In this document: in pieces, positions 45,235-59,141 of the stretch
Numbering within the stretch: the stretch's first letter is position 1
Layout of the letters: every line of letters starts with the position of its first letter
Source of the DNA: Octopus vulgaris
Taxonomy: Eukaryota
Direction of reading: 5' to 3'
DNA: 64,000 nucleotides
NCBI GenBank assembly: GCA_951406725.2
Contig: OX597821.1
Location: 36,146,001-36,210,000, forward strand
Made by a program: the position numbers and the translations under genes
The notes under the pieces: generated by a model
What the model was told of the DNA's origin: nothing
Database searches by the model: none
Seen by the model: the letters and a program-made list of their open reading frames with translations, nothing else

Positions 45235-45448
45235 GAAATATATGATGAGGACACCTTGTACCAAATGAAAATATCCGCTTGATAGTCGATGAGCTGACTA
45301 TGATGGACGCCTTCACAGACCACGTTAGATATATACATCAATTTTTTTTTTTAATTATTGAAATATATTAATAAATTTAATTTTCAAGTCTACAGAACTA
45401 TTTTATATACACCTACACACAAACATTGTTAAACGTGTTCGTGCATTT

Positions 45449-47340
45449 GTGAAAATCTCTCGATGTTTGCCGCAAAAACAACCTTGGAGAGACCTGGTTG
45501 TCAGTTATTTGTACAGAAAGCTCGCGATCTTCATTCTATACACGGGAATAATGAAATGCGAACTTGATGTGCCAGATAAGCTGGCTGTTGCCCTTATAAC
45601 TCTAGTAGCTAAAAGCATGAGACGCATGTGGCTAAAAGTGCTTGGAGGTGATGTATAAAATATATGCAGATTGCTCGGGATTACGGCGAAATACACAATA
45701 TGATGACTGTTGAACAGGCAGGAGGAAAGAAACCTCAGGGCTGTGCGAGCTCCTCACCAACAAAGCGGATTAAGGAAGCAAAACAGCACCGCTGAATCGT
45801 GATGACTATATGGCTAGTATTTAAGAAGGCTTTTGACTCGTTTCCTAACTCGTGAATTATAAAGTCACTATGCCTTGCGAAGAGTTCAGCTATTATCTAT
45901 TGTCGATGCCATTAAGATAACAAAATAATCCAAAGGGCAGCCGTTTTAGAACTGAAGCTCACAGTATGGTAAGGTCCAGAATTAGGCTGTCGATGGAAAT
46001 TTTTCAAGGTGACAGCTTATCTGTAATGCCTTCTGTCCTAACGGGGCGATTCTTGTCAGCCTTGTTAAGAAAATTCAATAGTTGCATGGTTGAACCAGCA
46101 GATGAAAGAATAATTGATATTGACATACCCTTCTTGTTGATGACCTTAAGCTGTGCTCGAGTAATATTTACAACACCTAGAGACAATTAGAACGGGTCAC
46201 AAGCTTGTAAATGTATGAATGGAGTTTGGTCAGGACGTGTCTTCATATTTGATAATAAAACTAGGAAAGATTGTTAGTCAGACAAGGGGTAGGGATACCA
46301 ATGGCTTGTCTTTATACCTTTTCACCAATAATAAATGTTATAAATAGCTCAGAATCGATGAGAATATTACGTACTGTGATTAAAGCTAGAATAACGGGAA
46401 AATACTTCAGCAGACTTCGGGAGGTATAGAAGCAGAATTATTAGCATTCAGTAAAACATCTCACAACGCTTTGGTGGTGCCCGTGTACCAGTATTTGAGA
46501 TACTAAACTGGGCACTTGAAGAAATACGCAAACTGAGCATCGAGACTAGAATGGTAGTAACAAAACTGGTTATTCCTTGTCAACAATGATAATGATAGAA
46601 TTTATACTAAGCCAATAGATGGAAGCAGAAGCATTAAGTCTGTTTTGAGTGCTGCATCGCGTCAGTTAGAAATCAGCTTCTGAACAGTAAAGATAGAATG
46701 GAGTATATCACGTGTATACTCAACAGCGAAGGTAATAACGAAATTAGGCACGGAACACCTGGATGGCAGCTGTCTCATGTGAGCCAAAGATATCTGGCTG
46801 AACTACATAAATAGCAACTTGAAGAAGAAATACTCTTCGTATCAGCGGAAAGTACCCATTGATACATACTTCAGAAGCTAAAAAAATGTCAACAGGCTTG
46901 CGATTAATGCTTCACATCTCACCTGGAAGACTACGTTTTTACCTTCAAATAACAGGAGAGAGTTGTAAAATACCCGGTCAACAAAAGATATTGGGACTTC
47001 TGTAGGGTTCAAAGTTTTGATGAAAAATGTCGATTATGCTATACGAGAGTAGAAAACACCCCACCACTGTCATAAGCTGCAGTCTAAAAGTATCTGCAAG
47101 ATACTACCTTCTCAAGTAACATATCATGTTCGCTAAAACCGTCAGCAATGTATTCACATCTTAAGAAATAAAGAATACTGGTAGAATATTCCAAAAGAGT
47201 AACCTACAGAATTGTTGCATGGGACAGTTTTATAGTGTTGTAAAGATTAGCTACCCAACAAATGTGAATGTTTTGTCGAAAACTGAGGAAGAAAACATTT
47301 ACGTGGAACTTATGCGATAACCACCACTGTTATATCCAAG
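45449..47340 (+). mobile_element. Highly decayed R4/Dong-like non-LTR retrotransposon
   Basis: Remnant KKAFDS, IFQGDSLS and KCRLC motifs in the expected order, with numerous stops and indels. Confidence 0.65.
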
Positions 47341-47613
47341 CTCTAGATCTTAATTTCGATTTATGACAAGTCCACAAAATATGTGACCATCCGATAGTAT
47401 GGCCGATAATGTGATGCTGTGAAATAAATATGTGTATGCGCGCGCGCGTGTGTGTAGGCCCATGCGTACTGTGGTGGGAAGCTTGCATCCCAAATACATG
47501 CTTCTGGGTTCAGTCCCACTATGTGGCACCTTCGTTAAATGTCTTCTACTACGCGGTCTAACCAAAGCCTTGTGAGTGGGGTTGGTAGATGGAAACTGAA
47601 AGAAGCCCGTCGT

Positions 47614-47701
<88 letters not shown>

Positions 47702-48212
47702 GAATACAAAAAATGGGACAAGAACGCAAACATCCAGACAGATGATACAAAAAAGGGACAAGAAAAAACAAGGACAGGTGGGTCATTCGGATTTTCTTTC
47801 CTCAGTCGATTTTCAGATTATCTTTGCAATTTTGACTGGTTATACTCGAGATTGCTCCAATCTGGCCAGCCCCAAGGCAAAACTAAGCTAAGAGCACTAG
47901 ATTCCTTGGAAGAAAGCAGCGAATATACGGGAAAACAAGGACGAAAAAAAAACGGAGAAATGGTATACAAATGCAAATAACAGGACATAACAACGGGTGT
48001 CTTTCGACTAAGGACGAATTAGATTAAGCTGGCGTATGTGGAAGTGAAGCCTCACGAGGGGGACATACGCGATGGTAGGCATGGGGAGGAATATAGATGT
48101 TGCACGGATGGTAGTCGAACCAAGAAAGAAAGGTCCGGCTTGGCCGAACACCGGTCACGTGATACGCGCTCACACACACACACATATGTATGTATAGCTC
48201 TATATTTAAGAG

Positions 48213-48363
48213 ATGAGGAATTACGTACATTATTTACATTTGACGGATATTTGTCCTCATCTTGTTTGTTAACACAAGGTTTCGGCTGATATACTCTCCA
48301 GCATTCATCATGGGGAAATTTCGAACCTGGGTTCTCATTCCTAAGGTATTTTCGATGTTGTTG

Positions 48364-48412
<49 letters not shown>

Positions 48413-48797
48413 CACTACCTGGAATCGAACTCGGAATCTCGGGGTTAATAACCCACGCTCTTAACCACTACGCCATATGCCCGTGGGAGTGAATTTTAGG
48501 GCTTATAAATCTTATATTTTCCTATCCTTCCTTAATACCGGTTCCCATATGCTGTTCATATCTATACTCGGTCTGCTTTGGAGGTTGTTGTGTCCTAGCA
48601 TATGTGCTGCTTCTTTTAATTTTCGTATTTTCCAGTGGTGTTCCCTATCTATTATTTTAACTTCATTCCACAGGGGGAGGTGGTCTCCATTTTCCCAAGA
48701 CACCTGATGAAGGCTGGAAGGTACATCAGCCGAAACGTTGTGTTAACAACAAACGAGATGAGGATAAATATCCGTCAAATGTAAATAATGTAAATAA
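48213..48797 (-). mobile_element. Penelope-like element 3' fragment with inverted pLTR segments
   Basis: Minus-strand ORF HLPLWNEVKIIDREHHWKIRKLKEAAHM resembles the GIY-YIG C-terminus. About 48226-48309 and 48704-48792 are inverted copies. Confidence 0.8.
48699..48744 (+). ncRNA. Minimal type I hammerhead ribozyme motif (Penelope-associated)
   Basis: GACAC-CTGATGA-A-GGCTG-loop-CAGCC-GAAAC-GTT-GTGTT: intact core, stem I GACAC/GTGTT, stem II GGCTG/CAGCC, and a loopless palindromic stem III (AACGTT). Confidence 0.7.
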
Positions 48798-51023
48798 CAC
48801 AACGTAACAATTTTCAAAAAAAAATGTTTATTGTATTTTATTTTTTATTGTTTATCAATCCATTTTTTCTGCTGATTCCAAAAATTAAATTATTTTGTGT
48901 ATCATCAACAGTTAAAAAAATATGTCAACTTTCAATGTTATTATATATTCGGTATTGTTATAATGTTCCGCTACTAAATGTATGCCTTATCTTCTCTTTC
49001 AGACCAATTACTAAGTTCTGCTACTTTCAGGATGGCTACTAGAGTATGTAAAAATTCTCCAGATACATTTTGCTATGTGTGTGGTTATTACATTGGAAAA
49101 AAGCAGGTGTTACATAAGATCGTAAAAGGTGTCAAATTGTGGATAGCGTACAGACTCTATTTCGGAATGCCCATGGGTGACCAGGACAAACCATGGGCCC
49201 CACATGTGATATGTGGAAACTGCCAATCTCTTTAGAAGGATGGCTAAGAGGTACAGGAAGGTCAATACCTTTTGCCATTCCAAAGGAATGAAGAGAGCCA
49301 AAGAACCATCACGATGACTGTTACTTTGTATGATCGATGTGACAAAGTACAGAAACGTGAAAGGAAGACAAGCTTTTCAGTATCCAGCCATACCATCATC
49401 TAGAGCACCTGTCCCACATTATGACAGTTTATGAGTATCACTACCACCAGAAAATATTTCATCTGAAGAGTCAACAAGTAGCAGCAGCCAAGAAATAGAG
49501 GAAGCTTTCGTACCAAGAACGACTTTGGAGCCTCACTTTCCGAATCAGAGTGAGCTAGATTATTTAATCAGGGATCTGGGTCTTACTAAGTCAGGAGCTA
49601 AACTTCTTTCATCAAGGTTGAAGGAATTGAATCTACTGGGGGAAGACTGCAAGACATCTGAGTACCAGAAATGCCATAAAGAATTTGAAATATACTATGA
49701 AAATATTAATGATCTGTATTATTGTAAAGATGTGATTGGTTTGTTTACTGCTATTGGACGCAAGCATGATTCTGCAGAATGGTGACTGTTCATAGATAGC
49801 TTAACACGAAGTCTCAAAGCAGTGTTGCTCCACAATGGAAATAAATATCCTTCTTTGCCTCTTGCACACTCCGTACAGAAGAAAGAAAATTGCGATAATG
49901 TCAAAGAACTTCTCAACAAAATAAATTACGCTGAGTTAAAGTAGGATGTTTGTGGGGATTTCAAGATGCTTGCCTTATTGCTTGGCTTGCAAGGGGGATA
50001 CACAAAGTATTCATATTTTCTTTGCTTATGGGACAGCAGAGCTAATGATGATCATTACAAGAGAGTATATTGGCCTCCACGAGTGGACCTACAGCCAGGA
50101 ATGTTAATTGTTCTCAAACAGCCTCAAGTAGATTCCAACAAAATCTTATTACCCCCACTTCATATCAAACTCGGATTGGTAAAACAGTTTGTGAAGGCCT
50201 TAGATTTTAGAGGAGAAGCTTTTCAAGAAATTTGTCTTATGTTTCCAAAGCTAACTGAGGCTAAGATCAAGGGTGGCATATTTGTTGGGCCCCAAGTAAA
50301 TGCAATGTTGAAGTCGAAGAAACTGGAAAGAGCGATGACAGCAGTTGAAAAAAAAGCTTGGTGTGCATTTAGTGATGTAGTTCGTGGATTCCTAGGAAAT
50401 CACAAGGATCCTAATTACAAGCAGCTGGTAGCAAATCTTATTGAAAACTTCAAGAAAATGGGTTGTCGTGTGTCCTTAAATGTTCGTTTTTTGCACTCTC
50501 ACCTAGATTTTTCCCCCCGAAAACTAGGGTGATGTCAGTGAGGAGCATGGTGAGAGATTTCATCAGGACATCGCAACTATAGAAAGAAGATACCAAGGAC
50601 GATGGGATACTGCTATGATGGGAGATTATATATGGTCTCTAGTCAGAAGAGATGAAGGTATACACTCAAGAAAATCTCGATCGTCAAAGCACTTCTCATC
50701 TTAAGAAAATAGTTATCAAGGCATTTACAGTGCAGAGTTTTATTGTTTCTTTTTGTTCTAACTAATATTATACTTCCTAAATACCTTTCAATATATGAAA
50801 AAGTACTAAATGTTGTGTAATTATCCTTACAATACTAGAATAGATTGAACCAACAATGTGCTGTAGAGAAAAGTTACAAATATAACGAGCAAATATGAAA
50901 TTAGGAATAAATAAATAACTATCGATGTTACGTCAAAATGAATGTGATTTTTGAATTTAGTGGCAAAAAATGCATATATGAACATTAAAAAATACAAATA
51001 AACAAAACATGTGTTACATTGTG
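48798..51023 (+). mobile_element. Full-length but inactivated Chapaev3 (CMC) DNA transposon
   Basis: Termini CACAACGTAACA / TGTTACATTGTG with a TAA 3-bp TSD (48795-97, 51024-26). The transposase runs from ATG 49032 (MATRVCKNSPDTFCYVCG) through GLQGGYTKY, LLPPLHIKLGLVKQFVKAL, LHSHLDF and SEEHGERFHQDI to about 50704, with several stops and frameshifts. Confidence 0.85.
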
Positions 51024-51070
51024 TAATGTATGTATGTTTATGTATATGTATATATATGAGTGAGAGAGAG

Positions 51071-51119
<49 letters not shown>

Positions 51120-51128
<9 letters not shown>

Positions 51129-51355
51129 TTTGTGTTTGCCCACCACTACCACCGCTTGCCAACTGATGCTGGTGTGTTTACGTCCCCGTAACTTAGTGGT
51201 TCTGCAAAAAAAAAAAGACTGCGATAGAATTGAGTACCAGGTATTTTTAAAATACGTACTGGGGTCTATACATTTGACTAAAACTTCTTCAAGGCGGTGC
51301 TCCACCATGGCCGCAGCCTTGCGACTGAAACAAGTAAAAGATGAAAGATAAAAGA
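51120..51355 (+). mobile_element. SINE 3' part (34790 family)
   Basis: Shared tail GGCGGTGCTCCACCATGGCCGCAG...CTGAAACAAGTAAAAG. Confidence 0.8.
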
Positions 51356-51683
51356 TTATAAAACATAAACGAAGATGAAAAGATAATGCCCATGCTACAA
51401 ATATGCCATAGTTTTCATTATTTTATTTGCTAAATTACCTACCATTTCATCAAGCATACATGAGCTATTCTTCGATAAAAGTCACTCCGTGAAGAAATCG
51501 TACATTTGAATCACATCAAATGTAGGTAGGAGTTAAAATTAGAAAGATAGCCAATCAGTCAGCATTATCAGAGTACCATTCTGTAAAAATGGGGGTGGTT
51601 ATCGTCTGTCGGCATACGAACGTAGACATTTGTAACCACGGGTTCTGTGACAAGTAGTTCTCCCCTGTTCGTCGATTTTTGCG

Positions 51684-52020
51684 ATGGCTGAAACGAAGGA
51701 ACAGCGTGCTTCCGTGAAATTCTGTTTTCTGCTGGGGAAAACGGCGGCCGAAACAGTTGTCGTGCTTCAAACTTCAAAAACGCTGCCATGAGCAATGCAC
51801 AAGTTTACAAGTGGTTTTCACGCTTCAGGAATGGTCACTTGTCGCTCGAAGACCAACCTTGTTCAAGGTGACCGTTGCTCCCTTGAACGAATGAAGATAT
51901 CACGAAAATTCATGGAGAGCCGTCGCCGAAAAATTGACTGACTTTGATATGACTAGTGTGTCCTGGAGCTACTGCCAACAAATTTTGAGCGATGAATTGC
52001 AAAGGAAAAGAGTTGCAGCA
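51684..52020 (+). mobile_element. Mariner transposase N-terminal fragment
   Basis: MAETKEQRASVKFCFLLGKTAAETVVVL...AMSNAQVYKWFSRFRNGHLSLED, a frameshifted HTH region. Confidence 0.82.
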
Positions 52021-52039
52021 ATAGAGGGTTGATGGGGTT

Positions 52040-52530
52040 AAATGTCCTCCCTTTGAAGCGAGAAAACCATTTCTGTGCAGTTCTTTCAGTTCTTTCTCCA
52101 CGAAGGGACCCAGGAGTCGAAAATATGCATTTTGTTTTTCTATTTGGCACTCCAGTGGAGGCGCAATGGCCCAGTGGTTAGGGCAGCGGACTCGCGGATT
52201 CGATTCCCAGACCGGGCGTTGTGTGTGTTTATTGAGCGAAAACACCTAAAAGCTCCACGAGGCTCCGGCAGGGGGTGGTAACGACCCCCTGTTGTACTCT
52301 TTCGCCACAACTTTCTCTCACTCTCTCTTCCTGTTTTTTGAGTAACGCTGCGATGGACTGGCGTCCCGTCCAGCTGGGGGGGGGGACACAATCGCCACAG
52401 AAACCTGGAAACCGGGCCCATGAGCCTCGCTAGGTTTGAAAAGGGCGATGTTTATCGTCGTTTTTATTTGGCACTCCATTATCATATGTCAGAAAAAAAT
52501 AAATTTATTCAAATTTCAGAATTCAAAAAT
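52040..52530 (-). mobile_element. Second mariner 5' fragment (opposite strand), split by a SINE
   Basis: MECQIEKQNAYFR and ERTAQKWFSRFKG fragments. Confidence 0.65.
52155..52464 (+). mobile_element. Full-length tRNA-derived SINE with a V-domain-like core and a 14-bp TSD
   Basis: TSD TATTTGGCACTCCA at 52141-52154 and 52465-52478, a tRNA-like head, and the core GCGATGGACTGGCGTCCCGTCCAGCTGGGG. Confidence 0.9.
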
Positions 52531-52699
52531 GATAAACAATTGTCGTAAATGAAGAATAGAGCTACAGTAAATAAATAAACAAAACACTTAGATAAGAATA
52601 TTTATCGTGGTAATTGAAATAACATTAGAAAGTAACGAACGAATTTATCTAACAACCTAACACACACACACATATATATATCAATGTGAGTGTGTATGT

Positions 52700-53116
52700 G
52701 TATAACGGAATTCCTTCAGTTTCCGTCTACCAAATCAACCCACAAGGTTTTGATCAGTTCAGTGCTATAGTAAAAGTTACTTGCTCAAAATACCACGCAG
52801 CGGGACCGAAACCAAGGCTGCCTGATTGGGAAGCAAGCTTCTCCTCAACAAACTCACATGATAGTCCCTACTGTAATATATGAAATTTGTAATATATACG
52901 TACATACGTACGTATGTATATATGTATCAGCTTGTTGGCAGAATCGTTAGCACGCCGGACAAAATGCTTAGCAGTATTTCGTCCCTCTTAACGTTCTGAG
53001 TTCAAATTACTCCGGAGTTGACTTAGTCTTTCATCCTTTTTGAGGTCAATAAAATAAGTACCAATTGAACACAGGGGTCCTCCAAATTGCTGGCCTTGCG
53101 CCAAAATTTGAAAATA

Positions 53117-53151
<35 letters not shown>

Positions 53152-53420
53152 TATTTATTTTTATTTTTTTATGCTCCCTTTTAAAGCCTAGGCAGGCTCA
53201 TGGGCCTGCTTTCCCGGTTTCAATGGCGTATGTATTCCCCAGCTGGATGGGACGCCAGTCCATCGCAGCGTTACTCATTTTTGCCAGCTGAGTGGACTGG
53301 AGCAACGTGAAATGAAGTGTTTTGCTCAAGAACACAATGCGTCGCCCAGTCCAGGAATCGAAACCACAATCTTACGATCATGATGCTGACACCCAAACCA
53401 CTAAGCCATGTGCCTCCACT
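52700..53420. mobile_element. Cluster of three SINEs (52700-52850 minus, 52930-53110 plus, 53170-53420 minus)
   Basis: Each matches a family described above. Confidence 0.75.
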
Positions 53421-54692
53421 ATATATATATGTATGTATGTATGTATGAGATGAGAGAATCCATCATTGTGAATAACAAATGAAGTGGTGATCATGTTCTA
53501 TGGACATACATGTATTACTTGAGATTTGCTGGTGCCTTGGAAACCTTTTGGTAAATGAGTCAAGCTGAGGACTCAGTTTGTTTGAGTGCTTGTGGAACAT
53601 TTATGTGTCCCTTGAGTGAAGGGCCAGGCCTACTTTGCTCTGTGTCACAAAACCGCAATGACAGGTAAGGTTTGCATTTAGAAGAGCAGCATTTTGTCAG
53701 TGTGCTTTTGTGTGTGTGTGTGCGTGTGTTCGCACATGTGCATGTAAGTGTCCTTGTTCCACCTTAAAAATAGGTGAGATTGTCAAGTTTGAATATATTT
53801 GATTACAGTTGACTTTAATTGTAAACAATTACTTAATTACGCCTTTCTGTTTCAGATGGCGTCCTGATAAAACAACTTTGTAACAGGTTTGTTTCATTGT
53901 GGTATATTTGTTCAAGGTCCTGTTTGAGTTGATGTTTCCCATAACAAGTGGGAAATTTTCTCAGTACAAAAACACTAAGAGAACAACTTGAATTTTTTTT
54001 CAAGATGAATATATTTACTTGTCTAATATGTCATATGAAGTTATCAGCATAGCCCATTTTTTTTTTCAGATAAATCTAATAAAATAAAAAAATAATAGCT
54101 CAGAAACAGGGGTATATCTCTGAGTAAGAGAACCCAGGAATCCGAAATAATACTTTGTCTCTCTTATAAAATCATTTAATATCTCATTATTTCTCCCACT
54201 AACAGGTAATCCCCGAGGGTTCTTGCTATGTGAAAGATACCTCCACGTTTATTGTAGACAGAGGTCCACCTGAGGTTTTGTTTTTTTTTGTTTTTTTAGC
54301 CTAGGTCAGCCTTGATCCAGCAGTACTGTAATTGAAAGAAGATTCCAGTCATGACCATCCAGTCTTTTTCATAGCACTGTGCTCTTATCCTTTGATTTTT
54401 TTTTTTTTTCTGTGACAGTAAGGCACGAATTGAGGTTATTATTGATGCTTGAGTAACGATGCAGAGGATCCTTACTTAATTCAGTTCATCTGTTTCATGA
54501 GTTATGTTGACATAGGTTAGATATGATTGGGCAAACCATTGGTACATGTGCATTCAGTCAAATCCATATCTATGGTTGATGCAATCCACAAATCTGTTAC
54601 TACTCAAGACATACCAGACTTCCACCTAGTGAAGGCCACACACATCAATCTGGTATGGAATGGTTTATAACAGTGTAGACATACTCTCTATA

Positions 54693-55092
54693 CTCTTTTA
54701 CTTGTTTCAGTCATTTGACTGCGGCCATGCTGGAGCACCGCCTTTAGTCGAGCAAATCGACCCCGGGACTTATTCTTTGTAAGCCCAGTACTTATTCTAT
54801 CGGTCTCTTTTGCCAAACCGCTAAGTGACGGGGACGTAAACACACCAGCATCGGTTGTCAAGCGATGTTGGTGGGGACAAACACAGACACACAAACATAT
54901 AAACACACATATATATATACATATATACGACAGGCTTCTTTCAGTTTCCGCTTACCAAATCCACTCACAAGGCATTGGTCGGCCCGGGGCTATAGCAGAA
55001 GACACTTGCCCAAGATGCCACGCAGTGGGACTGAACCCGGAACTATGTGGTTGGTTAGCAAGCTACTTACCACACAGCCACTCCTGTGCCTA
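54693..55092 (-). mobile_element. Full-length tRNA-headed SINE (34790 family)
   Basis: Near-perfect reverse complement of 34790-35195. Confidence 0.9.
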
Positions 55093-55849
55093 TATGTAGT
55101 GTTTTTTTGTTTTTTTCAGGATGTTGTAGGTACATGAGTTATTGGTCTCAGTATTTATCTCTAGTTCTATGCATTCTTGCAGTGCTTATGGCAAATGAGA
55201 TAATTGATGGTACTGATATTTTCAAGTGTGTGCTTGCTTTTTACTTCATCTTGTGTGTGTGTGTGTTTCAGCCAGCAAGCTGTGATCATGCCAGTGTACT
55301 GTTATATTTGCTTGAACTAAGTGTGAAGGGTAATAACATTAGGATGGCTTTATGTTGTTGAAATGCCTGGTGTTTGTGCATATCATGGAATGGGCTGTGT
55401 GACTGCTGTAGTGCTCTGCAGTGACAAAATACATCATAAACATGTCTAAAATTGTCAACCTTGTTGACTTTTTCATTCTTAAGCTAATGAAAAAGCAACT
55501 ATACAATCACTGAATCTGATGGAATTAGCAGCCAAAGACACATTTAAGAAGAATGCATTTCAGGGTTTATTATATTACTACATGAATAGACAGAACAATG
55601 CTCACTGGTACTGAGATTAATTGTTGCATTAAACAGTTATTACTTACAGCCGTTTGTCAGAAGCAGATGTTTAACAATGTTTGAGGAATATTGGTGTGAT
55701 AATGCTTGAAAAGATTCTCCATACATATAGTAGTTAAACTCGTCAATGCAAGCTAACAACGTAATGAGTTTGTCGTAATCCCTGCTTCATAAATTAATGA
55801 CAGGAGAAAGAACTGGCCAAACTGATAAGATAAATATCCAGCATAAATT

Positions 55850-56279
55850 AAAATCAAAATCGAAATAGATCAACATCAATGGAAATTGTAGCTGTGATAC
55901 CAGTGCCGGTGGCACATAAGAGAACCATCCAAATGTGGCCGTTGCCAGCGCCGCACCAACTGGCCTCCGTGCCAGTGGCACGTAAGAAGCACCATCCAAT
56001 CATGGCTGTTGCCAGCCTCGCTTGGCCTCCATGCCGGTGGCACGTAAAAACCACCATCCAATCGTGGCCGTTGCCAGCCTCGCCTGGCACCTGTGCCAGT
56101 GGCATGTAAAAAGCACCCACTACACTCACGGAGTGGTTGGCATTAGGAAGAGCATCCAGCCATAGAAACATTGCCAGATCAGACTGGGTCTGGTGCAGCC
56201 TTCTGGCTTCCCAGACCCCAGTTGAACCATCCAACCCATGCTAGCATGGAAAGCGGACGCTAAATGATGATGATGATGA
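55850..56279 (+). mobile_element. RTE-type 3' repeat with internal ~60-bp tandem units and an (ATG)n tail
   Basis: GTGCCRGTGGCACRTAA...CCATCCAA units x4, ending AACCCATGCTAGCATGGAAAGCGGACGCTAAATGATGATG. Related copies at 58150-58320, 59630-59866 and 61710-61860. Confidence 0.75.
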
Positions 56280-59141
56280 AATATCCCTAGGGAACCATGG
56301 TCCAAGAGAGAAATAAAAGCCTAGAATAAGTTCCAAACTTTAAAAAAAATATACTGGGGTCAAATTGATCAACTAAACTCTTGAAGGCATTGCCACAGCA
56401 CTGACATAGTCTAATTAGTAAAACAAGCAAAGATATAAGATGAAAGATAAAAGAGAAAGACACAGTCTAGATGCATGTACAGAATGAACTTGCTCTACAG
56501 CACTTGGTGGTTGTGTTGAACTGTATAATGAATTAGGTCTACTACCCAAAAGTAGATGCAGTCCACTGGTTAGGCTTGAGCAGAATGTGCATCAAATCAG
56601 TTTCTCAATTTCATTTACAAGGCTTGAGAGAGGGAGAGTGCATGCATGCTTCTGTGAATTCTTATCCAAATGTATACAATAGCAGTATGTCTAGACACAA
56701 GCAGTGTTGTTCAATTACAATCTTCTATGTAAACATGGCTAAGGGCAAAATATATGTTTGGAAACAAGAGAGAGTTGGCAATAGGAAGAACATCCAGTCA
56801 TAGAAAATCTGCCACACAACGAATTCTGTCTGATCTCTGAAGGTATGGAAAACTGGACATTAAGACAATGATGATGATGATGAAGACGATGATGATGATA
56901 TACAAGTTCCCTCAGTGATTCATGAAACAAGAACATATATATTCATAAGAAGTTTAAGAAACTCACAATGAAATTGATAATAGAGTTATTTTATTTCAAT
57001 AGATTAAGGCTTGTGCTGGTTAGAACAAAAAAAAAAAGACAGGATTAAGTGAGAAGTTCAAAACTGTAACATCATTTATTGCTGGGTCGCCACATGTGAT
57101 TCTGCTTAACCCTTTGATTTAAACTCAGTTGTAACAACTACTAAGTCTTATATATTTCCTTTTTAAAAGTGTTCATATTAAATTTTAAACTTCTTGCCAT
57201 GATTTAAATTTAAGAATCTTTTGCTATAATCCTGGCACTACCTTCTTGATAAAGTTAGCTATTTCACTAAATCCCACCAAGTTCATGATTATTTCTAATA
57301 TGAATTCAAACACCTAGGTAGTGTATTAGAAATATCACAGACAGTTTAAAGAGTTCTCTTAGAGAAAGTCAATATTTTAAAAAACAACTCTAACCAAAAT
57401 CAAAATCTTACTTCCAATATAGTCCTTTATCAAAACCCCAGGAGCATACAGCTATGTAAAAACAGAGAAAAAAAGTATCAACATCATTTGAATCATAAGT
57501 TTGCCAAATATGGTTTCAAAATCTTGGACATGAAATCTCTGTAATAACAATATCTGGATCACTTTAACAGAATCTTAACATTTAATTTTTACTAAACAGG
57601 TTAGAAATATTTTTTCATAATTATTGTTGATTTTCTATCCCTTGATTCTGTTGTAAGCAGAAATTCAAACATACAGATTCATTGCTCTGGCACAAAATTC
57701 ACAACCATCAAAAAAAACCGTGCTGGTCTTCACAACAGCCTTGCTATGTGAACATTCTTTCAAGGCTCTGTTGAAGTTACCAGTAACTTTCACCTATCAG
57801 TGACAATTAGGAAGGCACATTGGTTTATTATATATATATTCCAAACCACAACAATTTAGATTTCCCTAACTCAGTAAAAATTATTCAGCTCTTTGTCGCA
57901 TCATACAGAGGTAGCACCAGGAGTGCAGTCATAACTGATAAGTGCTTAATTAAATATTAAAGTCGAGCTGAAAGATGGCTAGATAAAGAGATAGTGACAA
58001 ACACACACATACATCAAGGCAGAAAGATTTCGTCTATAATTACTCCTTAATTAATTCAGAGTGCATTGGTTAGCAAATGAAAGGAGAATGTGAAAGGTTC
58101 CGAGGTCTTTCTTTCAACTTCTCCAACGTAACCCTAACCTAACCCTAACACTCCCTAAAGTAGTTACTGAAATGAAGAGCATTCAGCCACAGAAAGCAAG
58201 CCAGTGCCATGTGCAAACACCAGTCTATGTAAGTTAGCTGCTCCCAATAAGAAATGGCTATGACAACCCATCCAACCCATGCCAGCATGGAAAGCGGATG
58301 TACAATGATGATGATGAATATGTATGCTTTTTTTAAAATAAACACAGTTTTAGTCTTGTGAAAAATGACAAAATAGTTACACAAGTTTTATCTCACCTTG
58401 GGCAACAGAAGCTAGATTGACTAGTTTTTAGTTATCAGTGACCTTCACCAGAGGCAGAGTACCCATCCTCTATCCAGAGAGAAATGTGTAGCTTATAGCT
58501 ATTTATGGTATACAAACTAAGACTCAACTAAATCAGTTAGTGAAGTAATTACTTCAATTATTTTTTACAACTAGGCTATTTAATTAACCAAAGAATGCTT
58601 TATAATCTAGGTTTTGCAAAAGTATTGAGTAGTGCACTATTAATTATTCATCTATGTTACCATCATATGCACTTTTATGCAAATTAGAGTTTAACACAGT
58701 TCAAACCATTTTTGCAGTTAAATATTTTAGATGAACTAAAATGTTAATGCCTAGTTAACAAGTGCGTATATCATATACATAAATATGTACATCATCATCA
58801 TCATATACACATGAACACATATACATATATATGTATATACATGCATATATATATATGTGTGTGTGTGTATATATATATGATGATGATGATATATATTTAT
58901 ATCACATGGATGAACTAAAATTGAACTTAAATGCTCATAGGCATCTATGTATCAGTAGAGAGAATTTTGCAATTGTTTGATTTAAAATTATTGAGTGATG
59001 GTGAGATGGGTGAGAAGATAAAACCAAATCACCCAATAGTTTCATTGCTAACATTTTCCAGTAAAGGTTGCTTCAGCTAAGGCGGAAAATATTTAGAAAG
59101 ACTATTTCCAAATTATCCAATATTTCTCTTACTGGATTCCC

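Noticed and set aside
55895-56125. Regularly spaced ~60-bp repeats superficially like a CRISPR array
   Set aside because: Eukaryotic context, spacers similar to each other, part of an RTE-type repeat tail, and no cas genes.
58129-58150. TAACCC telomere-like repeats (also 4445-4472)
   Set aside because: Only 3-4 imperfect units; the 4445 set is inside a MITE. Not a telomere or convincing interstitial array.
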